Shown piece after piece: positions 52,621 through 64,000 of a stretch of DNA of 64,000 nucleotides. A program made the position numbers and the translations under genes. The first letter of the stretch is position 1, and every line of letters starts with the position of its first letter. The stretch comes from Antedon mediterranea (Eukaryota; Animalia; Echinodermata): positions 6,634,001 through 6,698,000 of the forward strand of contig NC_092672.1 in NCBI RefSeq assembly GCF_964355755.1, in the 5' to 3' direction. The notes beneath the pieces were generated by a model. It did no database searches, was not told the DNA's origin, and worked only from the letters and a program-made list of their open reading frames with translations.

Positions 52621-53789
52621 GGGAGGGGGTGAATAGAAATGGCGGTGTGTACACTTTTGATGTGAAGGGATTACCATCAATTGAGTGATAGATATTATTA
52701 TTATTATATATTACAGTAAAACAGTAACAATACTGTCCTTCGCTAGATTATAAGGAGAATTTCATTTGTTGCAAATTGCGTACTATAACGTCAATGTTAA
52801 TCCCACTTACAGAATTCCCACAATGATGAAAACAGGCAAACAAATATCACCGTTCTCATATGATGTTTATATTCTATCTATCGATCAGTTGATGAATATT
52901 AATTATTTTCATAAATTGTATGTTTTCAAAATATTCTGATAATGGTGATAATAAGTCATTAATATAAAATTAATAATAAATATGACATTGAATATATTAC
53001 GGTACAATGCACGTGTCCACGTGCCTTCATTGAAATGGACGTGTCTTGGTTACAATACTTATTTCATTACAACATTAAACGCAACTGAATAATACAAGAT
53101 ACACAAGGGAGTTGTAGGCGATATAAATATGACATTTACGTGTCTAAGTTATCACTTCTTATAACTTACAGTGGAGAAGTTCTATCGCGCTAACATCAAA
53201 ACTCGTGCTATACCAAATTAAGAAATGACTTTACGATGAGCTTCAGCGAATTAATTCACTCGAATAATCTACTGCCCAGTATAATAATCAAGTTCATATT
53301 ACAAAAACTCGTTACAAATTCCATATTTATAGTACAAGAAAATTACAATACATGCATTGTCAATTATTGTTGCCATGGTAAAGCTATAGTTATTACGGTA
53401 AATTTGATCCAGTTTGTCAGATACGCAAGGAATTTCATGTTTAGCAAACATGAAAATTTATCTTTACCGATTAGTTACTAGAAATTAAATTATAAATTTA
53501 ATTTCACAGAATATAATGGCGCTCTGTATATATTGTTTTAAAGGACCTGGTTAAGCGTTGTTTGTATGTCCATTGCCACAATTGCAGAAGTTTTTCTTTC
53601 CTAAAGCTCTACCTACACTATTAAACTTTATGTGACAAAAAATGTGATGTGCCCATATATGGACATAATGATGTCATATCACTACCATATCACTACCTAA
53701 TATTATATTGAAATTGGTAATTGTTGAAAATAGCACGTATTTTTGCAGACTATCTAATAGACATACATTAACACACATTGGTTTTCAGA

Positions 53790-54402
53790 CAGGTGCGCGC
53801 ACATACATGTATGCAGTAACGATTATAGTACCTTATCAGGTGCGCGCACATACATGTATGCAGTAACGATTATAGTACCTTATCAGGTGCGCGCACATAC
53901 ATGTATGCAGTAACGATTATAGTACCTTATCAGGTGCGCGCACATACATGTATGCAGTAACGATTATAGTACCTTATCAGGTGCGCGCACATACATGTAT
54001 GCAGTAACGATTATAGTACCTTATCAGGTGCGCGCACATACATGTATGCAGTAACGATTATAGTACCTTATCAGGTGCGCGCACATACATGTATGCAGTA
54101 ACGATTATAGTACCTTATCAGGTGCGCGCACATACATGTATGCAGTAACGATTATAGTACCTTATCAGGTGCGCGCACATACATGTATGCAGTAACGATT
54201 ATAGTACCTTATCAGGTGCGCGCACATACATGTATGCAGTAACGATTATAGTACCTTATCAGGTGCGCGCACATACATGTATGCAGTAACGATTATAGTA
54301 CCTTATCAGGTGCGCGCACATACATGTGTATGCAGTAACGATTATAGTACCTTATCAGGTGCGCGCACATACATGTATGCAGTAACGATTATAGTACCTT
54401 AT
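53790..54402. repeat. Near-perfect minisatellite, 47-bp unit x13
   Basis: Unit caggtgcgcgcacatacatgtatgcagtaacgattatagtaccttat. 613 bp = 13 x 47 + one TG insertion. Confidence 0.97.
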
Positions 54403-57400
54403 TTAAGATAAATAATAATTCCACGTTGAGTTTGAATTGTAAAATAATTTTTGGAATACTGGCGCCAAAATAATTGCCAATGTTCGATCTAGTTATCGTT
54501 GGAAAAACGACCTGATTTCCACTTGTCAGATCACAGAAAAGAATTTAGGATAACGTTGGCAATAAAATACTGGTATGAAATGTGATCAAATGTACTAATC
54601 TCTTTAAAATATACATTTTATAAATTATCTATATAATTATATATTCATTAAATCTTTCCTAACAAAATATTCAAACATTACGGTATCAAGTGTACGGTGT
54701 AGTCGCCATAGATTGTCTTCTTTATCAGTACCGTACCATGAATGGATGACTAATTGTTTAACGCTAATAGTTTCATTTTATAATCATTCGCGAAAAACCT
54801 CACGTAAATTTGAAATTCTAGTTTTTTATATCTTATCTTTTGCAATAGTTTTGCTATAAAATTCGGTATAAATACTTTACACTTTAAATTTGAGAAAAAA
54901 AACATGACATACATCCAAAAGTATTAGAAACATTCGTGAGTTACAACTGTGGCACTAAGTAAGATTTGTACTCTGGACTTGGGGATTTGACGACAAATCT
55001 GTTAAGCACTTAGTATTCTAAACCCTATTTCCCTCTGTAAAGTCATATGCACGCGATATTGTAATTTGAATATAATTTTTCTCTTATTAATAAGTAGTTA
55101 AGGACGTACTCAAGTAGCATAAACAATCGAAACCTGGAAAGTAGGTTTATCCTTACATATAATTTGGTAGAAACGCTTCTTAAAAAAACGCGCCGGAAAT
55201 TAACATTCTCGTTTAGGGATAAAAACAACACACGGAATATTAAGCCATCTCGGTAGTGTACATAGATCAATGTAAATTGAACCTTATTGTAATTTTTAAA
55301 CTAAATAATTTATATTCCTCCAGGGGATAATAGAGAGGCATAGCAGTTAATTGGTGGATATATTAAATAATGTTGCATAGATGAAACACTTTCAACTAGT
55401 AACTTAAGCGTCTATGCACACGTTTTTCTTGTAATTTGATTTACTGCCCATCTATCTGTTTAGTAATCTAGCTATCTAAGCAGGTATTATTGTGAGTCTT
55501 CAACATTTTAGTATTGATGAATGTTGAAGCTTTGGCGACGACGGTATATAATAGGAAGCTTTCGATTTGCGGCGATCGACGTCATGTAAATTCATTGTGC
55601 GCATGCGGGGAAGTTAGGATGTGCTTCAGTTTTAGTTTTTAGGTCAGTCGGAGATTTTTTTTCTTGCATAAGTTGGGGACCCATGTGAAAGATAGCCAAA
55701 CTACTTCCTAAATACAACTAAACCTAACCATCTAAATAATCTCTCTCACTATAAAGTAAAAATAAGTTGCTTGTGGGATTCGAACCCCATACATCGACAT
55801 GTAGTCTCAATATAGTCTAATCCACTCGACTACACAGATGGCTCGACAGAAAACGTTTGCAATAGCGAATTGTAGTTACCTCAATTCGCTTCTATCGAAT
55901 CAATTCTTACGTCACACCTTATTGATATGCCTAATGAATATTCATGTTTATTTTGTGACGTTTTATTAGGGGTCCCAAACTTATGCACGAAAAGAAATAT
56001 CGCGTCCGGGCGACGACCGAAGACGCATCTAACATGGATTTTCCACTGGTCGTCGCAAATCAAAAGCTTCGAACGATATATTCTAAAACTTGGTTCTCAC
56101 TTGAAATGCAGATAGTTTGACCAATCACAAGCGATATATGTCATTCATTCATTCATCTTTATTTAAAGATGCCGCGTACGTCCTTGCGTTTCCTCCCAAT
56201 AAGAACGGTTCCTGGTTGCGCGTTTTAAACTTTGTGGATTTACAAAAATCACGTACACTTAAAGGTGCGCAGAAGTAAGTTCTAGGACGTGATAAGAATA
56301 TACGATAATCCATTGTTTTATGCAGAATAATTTCTGATTGCAAAACCGCGTAAGGTCCATCAAAATAAAGGGCTTAAGCATAGTCTATTCAAAATCTTAT
56401 TTGTATAACTTCCACAGTGAAAATAATCCGTATAAAACGTTAAGTTCTACCACCGCCAGCAAACCAATTCGCTAATGTATTGTTAGTTATGAATAATCCC
56501 AACTAATGACACTTCAAATGTGAGTAATATATAAATAAATCACACCTTCGGGGTATGGTACTTTGCTTGATCACTCATTCTTACCGTTTACCACCTACCA
56601 AATTAAACATCGTATGCTCACTCAATCAATCCTTGATACTGAGTCTATATTTGTACACAATTACTTTGATACACCATCACATGTGATGCCTGCATCCTAG
56701 GTCATAACCTAACACTCAACTTAACCTTCCGTAATACATGTGCTATGATGTGACACTGTATTATACAATTTGCCTATGACAATAGAAATACAGTAAAAGC
56801 ATCGAGTGGTCTGTTTTACCTAGTTTTGAGAACCTTATTATTATTATGTGTATCACGGAAAGTACCTAATATATGATAATGTTTGCTAGTCTATTACTCT
56901 TATTGTTAGAAGATTAATTGAGGATTGATACAAATTAGTCAATGTGTTAGGCCTAATAGTGTTATGATTGGAAATAAACTCGCCTGGTTCGCAATGAAAA
57001 AACACAATAGGACATAAGAAAAGATGAGTTGAGTATGTTGAAAGTGTCAAGCGCATTTTAATCACATTATGTATGTTTAACTTCTCATAATTTTAGAATG
57101 CACAGTGATCCCTGCATTAAAAATAAAATATAATTTGAAGAGCAAACCCTCCAGAACAAAAATAAAGAAAAAAAAAATCAATACAGGTTGTAGCAGATCG
57201 ATTCTGCGTACTGTATCTATAATGTATACAGTATCATAGTCAAATTCGTTGATACACTGTCACATGTATTACATGCTATAAGCCTAACTTTAAACATAAT
57301 AAATGATGACACCTAATGTGACCCTGTATTACAGTTGATACCGGACACTCCCATATGTGGAGATACAATATAAGGAGAATCATTTGGACAATTTAGGAAC

Positions 57401-58204
57401 CCATAATTTTCGATTTTCATTTTTCTATGAAATTCATAATATGCAGTAAACCTTTACAAGCGACAAAAAATGCCACATTGAATATCATTCTGTATAATGT
57501 AATATGATAGTCTACGTGACCAAGTAATTAGAATATAATTTAGACTTGATCAGATATAATGTGAAATCGCATCCACACGAATGAACCAGTGCAGAATTAT
57601 ACTTTCAATAGTTAGGATTAAGGCAAACAATCTCGGGGGAATATAATTGATATTGAGGCGAAGTTTACCTGAATGTGGCAACAGAAAAGCATTTATTATT
57701 TTATTTATAATAGTTTATAACATCATCGCTGGTAAAAATAGATTCCCTACTTCTTACCGTTATTTCAAGACTGCCTTAAAAAACAATGTGCAGTGGAATT
57801 GCGTTGTGAGCAATTTTAACATTTACTAGACATTTAAAGATACAGATAGGCCCGGTAGTTAAAGACAGTCCAATACTAAAGTATGATTGTATTAAGGGCA
57901 TTAGATTGTTTTAATTATGTCTCTCTGAGATCATTGACACAGTAGTGTTATATGTTTTATTCCTTTTGAATCTCCGCTTCTATCGAATCAAGATGCCGTC
58001 TGGGTAATTAGCGAGTTAACTCACTGTTGGATACGCGTTGACATTTAAATTGAAACTATTTGAATTATTGATTAATTATTTACATATACAATTTTCCTTT
58101 ACTAACCAATAGATAATAATTATAACAGTAACAAATACTAGTTTTGGAAAAAGTCAGCAGCAGCCCTCGTCACGCTTATCAAAGACACACTCACCTTGAC
58201 AATT

Positions 58205-58677
58205 ACCAATCCTATACCAAAAGACCGGTCGCATCACAGTCCAGCACGACCACCACAGCGAAAAAGACCCTACCACCATTGCTAACCAAATAGACAACAC
58301 GCTACGACAACCAAGACTATAACCAGCCTATCACAACATGAAAACCTCAACCAAAAGACCTGTAACACCATAACCACCACCACCAAAAGACTAGTAACAC
58401 CACCACTAAAAAATCGGTAACACCACAACAACCATCACCAAGTAGCCAACACCACCCATCAAAAAGACCGGTTAAACCACAGCCACTACCACCTTTACCA
58501 AAAAGATCGGTAAACCACAACCGTCCTCCACCCTTACCAAAAAGACCGGTTAAACCACAACCACCACCACACCTACCAAAAAGACCGGTAACACCACAAC
58601 CACCACCCCTACAAAAAGACCGGTATCACCACCACCACCCCTACCAAAAGGCCGGTATCACCACCACCAAAAGACTA
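58205..58677. repeat. Degenerate A/C-rich tandem repeat (ccaaaagaccggt..accac)
   Basis: Recurrent aaaagaccggt followed by accacc runs. Confidence 0.75.
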
Positions 58678-58983
58678 ATACTGATAATGCAATGAACATT
58701 TTAAAAGAAACAATCAATCATTATCAAATTTGCGAAATTAAGTAAGGTTAAAGCACTACTAAATTACAGATTAATTTTAATCATCACCAATCTTGAAACC
58801 AAATTTGAATTACTTGGTTAGTTGAGTAAGATTGATGGAATCTCCAGGGGGGAAAGATACAGTTTACACTATATGTACAAAACATTATGTGTTGGAACGC
58901 TGTGTTTGTCAACCAATTATGATAATATAGGAAATACATATTTATAAAAACAAAAACGAAACACTTAAGTATTATGAAATTAA

Positions 58984-59162
58984 AGCGTGGTTCCCACTAG
59001 CGACGCAACAAAACGACGTAACGCAACGCAAGTGAATTGACCAATCACAAGCGATGGCTTATTCGCTTGTGATTGCTAACTGTCTATAACTTCTCTTGTC
59101 ATTGGTTAAAACGCTTGCGTTGCGTTTACGTCCTTGCGTTACGTTCTAGTGGGAACCAAGCT
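58984..59162. mobile_element. Intact MITE family A copy
   Basis: agcgtggttcccactagcgacgc...gttctagtgggaaccaagct, 179 bp, near-identical to the copies at 22186, 23001 and 23473. Confidence 0.9.
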
Positions 59163-62100
59163 TTCGGCTCTATCAATAAAGTTTGCTTTTGTTGTTTGTG
59201 TTTAATTGTAATGTATGTTTTTAGTTATTCTTTCTTCTATAATTATGACAGTGGTACTATGTTAAACACGGTATACTAGGTTAAACAACACGGTATACTA
59301 GGTTAAACACGGTATACTAGGTCAGGATTTGAACATAGCAATCTAGGATTTGTAAGCAAGAATGCTGATACTTCCTTATCTTCTAAAAACATTATTTGAA
59401 AAATTTATTTTCGAAGCCTTAATTTTTATATATTTAACAAACGTAAGTATTTCATCATATTATTCAAGTTACTCTGGATTCCAGACGGAGTTTTGACTTA
59501 ATATTAGTAAAAAAATAAATATTTTGGCGTTTCATACGTATAATATTTGAGCTTGATATTTTAGGATCAGAAAAACATCGAAAAGTCTCGAAATAACTAC
59601 AGACTTGGGGAAAGTCTACATTTAAGTGATCACACTATAAATAAAAGTAGTATTTACAATAAAGATCTGGTCATCCAAGTCAAATACTATTACTAAAGGG
59701 TTGAAGGCGAATGCTCGACCCTAACAAGCGATATGGATGACGTATTGGCAATTACTACTATACTCATTAATTACGCATTAAAGAGATAAAAAATAAATAA
59801 ACGAGGTATGATGATTATTCGTTTTAATTATAAAAACAAGGACATTTAATTGTCAGTACTAATACAAGTAACCTTATTCGGTAAGTTCAAAGGCATACAA
59901 AACAATGGGTTAGATATGAAATCGCTTCAGTGCTTCGTTTTTATTAATAAAGAAAAGACTCAGTTCATCATGAAAATCGTACGAAATTTAATGGGTTATA
60001 AAAAATGAATGAGCTATACAATCCTATACTTATTCATTTTAATGCTAAATAATCATTTAATACCAATAGCCTCTATAATACAATTAACCGTCCCCTGAAA
60101 CTCTACTAATTAATACCCCACTCACTGCACCAAATATTGCCAACTGAACAATATTGACATCGAAAGTAATTCATCAAAAGCACACTTTGCTATAAATTAA
60201 TATTATTGCACATGACCCTAACTAAATTACGAGATAACCAGAGATGGTGATTGTACGTCACGTATACAGAGATACAGATACATAATTTTTATTGAACCTA
60301 GGCGGTTCATAATAGTAGGCTACGACACATCTTCATGGATTATAAATAAAAGTTAAACAACAACAAATAGGTCATGTAACTGCTTCCGGTTAATTTCAGA
60401 AACGTTTTCCAACCATTAGAAAAAAACATTTCTAAAGCTCTGTCTACAACTCTGTGAAATTAGTTTGGAAAAAATGTTTAATGTACCCAAATGGTGTGAT
60501 TATGTCATCGTGTCCATATAAAATGGTCACATAACATTATTTTGTTACATAACGTTTGATGATGAAACTTTTTCGATATAAAATCAGTGAGATTGTAGTC
60601 GTTTGGTGTCTTGTTGACTAATATTAATTTCCATAGAGTTTACTACGCTACTTATTTAAACTCATGAATTTACAGAACAATAGTTTGGGTTTCTATCTAA
60701 TAAAACAGTATAACATAATCAAACTTTGTTGGGTTCTACAAATTATCTGATATAGAATAACCCATATGTGCCTCATTGATTCAGAGTTGATTTTTTTTTT
60801 AAAATCGTGGTCATTAAGTAATACTATCACTAGACTTTAAATCCATTTACAACCTCTACTTTTGATTTATCATTACATATTATAATATTGTAATGTTATA
60901 CTGACCATGGACAAACGATCCATGCATAGGCCTAAGCCTATTTTCCAATCATTAATTGAGAAATAGAATTTTGATTAAATCAAAAGTGAAATAACACAAT
61001 TGGAATGTTATAGTATTGTTGTCTACTTCCCACAGACATCAAATATTTGTTTTTTTTAAATCACAATTTTGAGTTTTGACCACCAGCCATCTGATTATAT
61101 AATCTCTTGTAATTAAATCGATTAAATGTCCCGTGTTTGCACTACAGTGTTTTAATATAAAAATCAATTGCGTGACTCACAAAAATCTTTTCAATATCAT
61201 TACCATGTTCAATAGCAGTGTTAATATAATGTTTAACACGAGCGTTAAACGGCGATAGGCGACATCATCACTAGATAAAGTGTCCTTTTAATAAGAATGT
61301 CGCCTGAGTAGAGGTTCGTCATGATGTTTAAACATATTTTGTATTATATACATAGGAAAAAGTGTACCCTTATACTATGGAATGTCCCCTGAATAAGGGT
61401 GTCCCACAGGAGTAAATAGTACGATTGTTGTGCGCATGCAACGACTTTATGCGTGTTGATTATCTACATCGAGTTAATCTACATCTTTACCAGGAAAATA
61501 ATTTGTTCTTACTCAACTCTCTTTAAAAATAGGCCTACATATATTTGTTTATTATCGTCACTAGAACAACAATGCTCTTTGTTTGTCATTTTGATTAATT
61601 CTTTTGATATTACATATTTATCTGACCACGAATTACTTAAAAAAGTACTGTGTTTACAATGTATGTACTGAACACCTGTTAAGATAGAAACAATTGATCA
61701 GATAAATTCAGATTATAATATAAATGCGATTGATTCAGCAACCGTATTTCAATTTTCTATTTAGTGAAAACACGTGTTGACATAGGTAACTACCTCCTAC
61801 AATACATAATGTTAATAACAAAAGTTTACGTAAATATGATGTAAATATGACGTAAATATGACGTATCGTCATTATAAAAGTGTTATTAAATTAATGAAAG
61901 AAGTACAAAAACAGATGTTGTGGTCTTAATATATCAGAGACAACTATCCACACAGTCGCCCTATTGGCATAATGTAATGAAAGTGTAGCTATACACAAGA
62001 CACTTAATTGTAAATTTAAGTGGTCGCTTATCGGTACTGTATTTAGTCCAATATCATAGGAGACAACATCACATGTGACAGCTTTTATCATAGACGCTAA

Positions 62101-63254
62101 TCTAATCCTTAACCTAACTTTTCATGATACAGGCATCACATATGAAACACATGAAATGCTGTTTTACAGAGTCTGCAATGATACTAGATAACATTGTGGA
62201 GATACAGCAATGAGTGTGGATTTTAAGTAGGTTACAGAACCTTTGTGGCTGTCAGCGCCCTATACCTGGTTTAATAATTGAAAAAGGACACTGTACTGTT
62301 TGAGGGAGTTGATATCTGTTATGTATGTTTAATTACACATCTGTCTCACGGGACCTCGCATTAAACATAATAATAATAATGTTGTAGAAAACAACATGCA
62401 TTGTACCGTAATAATGCAAAAGCATGTCTGTAAAATACAGCAGATCAACTACTTTCGGACATCCTTATTTATAGAACATCTCTGTTGGCTCCTAAAGGTG
62501 TCCTCTATACTAAAGGATCTACTGGGGGCTGTATAACAGGGTGTGTTGTTAGACTATAATTTAAACTGTTGGATTATTGTGCACCAGATGTTAAACATAA
62601 AGTCAGTTTAAATAATAAATATAGCATGGTTTATTTTGTTAAGCATAATCAATAATATTTTCCCTATTTATTGATGTAAATTTACCAACACCATTAATAT
62701 ACAAACTTGCTTAGTTTTTCAACTATTAACGTTAAAATGTCTCCGCCAAAAGTGCTAATTTTAGAACATAATGTCATTGTCGAGCATTAGTTCATCAACC
62801 CATAAATGTATCTGTTGGGAATTAAACCTGTGATCTCTAGTGTACAGGGCAAGTACCAGCAGTGTTAGGTAATAGTTTCTAAAACATCCAATTAACTTTA
62901 CTAGAACTTTAGAAGCATTTTAACCCGTATTGAGAGCAACAGTTGCGGAACGGAACAGTAAGTGTGTCCATCTCCTGAATTTAACAGTGGCACTAATTGT
63001 GAATCAAATGTCTTTTTCTTTGGTAGATTTTGGTATATGGATAGGAATATCCAAATGTTTGTACAGTACAACAAACAAAAGTTACAAAATGATTCTGTTT
63101 GTAAATATTTATTTAAAATGAGTGTATCTGCTGTCTAGTTGGTTTGTAAATTAATTTAATGGTTGAAATCAATATACGGAGAAATTAAATGGTCGGCTTT
63201 AATTAAGTGACCAGTAGCTTAAGTTTTGAATAACATACACATCGGTTTAACTGT

Positions 63255-63452
63255 TGTTAGAATAAGGAGATTATTTAATGTTAGAGTAAAGGGATTATTA
63301 ATGTTAGAAAAAAGGGAATTATTAATGTTAGAATAAAGGGATTAGATTAGATTAAGGGGATTGGTTATTGTTAGAATATGCATAAAGGGATTGTTTATTA
63401 TAAGAAATTTTTTTTTTTTGTGAGAATAAGGGATTTTCATTGTTAGGATAAG
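63255..63452. repeat. Degenerate repeat of about 21 bp (tgttagaataagggattatta)
   Basis: Recurrent gttagaa...agggatt. Confidence 0.6.
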
Positions 63453-64000
63453 AGGAACATGTAAGTGAGGATGGGGGTTGATAGGAGAGAAATTTACGAT
63501 TTTATGAATAAATACATCAATACAATTTCAGTAATACAAGAATTTTCAAATTATATATAATTTTGAGAGAGACGGTTAGTAAAGGAAACCTTTGAATTGT
63601 GAGGACAAGGTATGGGAGGAGGGATGGTGCTTGTGGAGTAGTAATCAATTAACGCAATATACGGTAAGTTCCGTAATACTTAGCCAATTAATACAAATAC
63701 ACAGGCAGAGGCACGATAAACAAGTTTCCTAAATATCTAATTTGAACACAAAACCAAATAATCTATTCTTACAATAAATTAAAAAACTTCGTGTAAATTG
63801 GCATCTTGAATCATTAGCAATACGGTAAAATCACTTTTTTTTAAATACATGTTGATGAAAATAGATTAAAATTCGTAAGATAGTAAGGAGTTCTTAAAAC
63901 AATGATTATTACATATTGAGTGTCAAAATATTGAATCTCAGCACAACGAGTGTGTAATTAATTTGATGAAGTATACCTTGTATGTTTAGTGCCTGAATAT

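Noticed and set aside
52260-52654. Pro-rich minus-strand ORFs
   Set aside because: Artefact of translating the 74-bp repeat.
53790-54402. CRISPR-like array of palindromic repeats
   Set aside because: The units are contiguous and identical with no unique spacers, there are no cas genes, and the context is eukaryotic.
55755-55840. tRNA gene (B-box gggttcgaatccc on the minus strand)
   Set aside because: No complete cloverleaf could be folded; likely a decayed tRNA-derived SINE head, as is the A-box-like stretch near 16685-16720.

Overview
AT-rich, repeat-laden animal genomic DNA with GT-AG introns. It is most likely an invertebrate deuterostome such as an echinoderm, inferred from Deu-domain SINEs and gene content. 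On the + strand, left to right: the last exon of a YHYH-domain protein; a complete 3-coding-exon Golgi carbohydrate sulfotransferase (CHST8-14 family, about 337 aa); a complete 6-exon alpha-type nicotinic acetylcholine receptor subunit (about 449 aa); and two paralogous P2X receptor first coding exons (34780-34934, 49612-49775), about 15 kb apart, with no other P2X exon visible in the window. Three findings stand out. (1) The P2X exons look like alternative N-terminus/TM1 modules that differ at the TxK desensitisation motif (TPQ vs TPK). (2) A candidate 55-aa microprotein gene on the - strand, missed by the ORF track, has an ATG-only first exon, ends in -TKL and lies head-to-head with the first P2X exon. 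(3) One minisatellite unit directly suggests that the abundant TAGGCCTA motif is a transposon excision footprint. The rest is MITEs, LINE ends, SINEs, a split 5S copy, a decayed Harbinger-type element and several minisatellites. All exon boundaries and alignments were read by eye; no searches were run.
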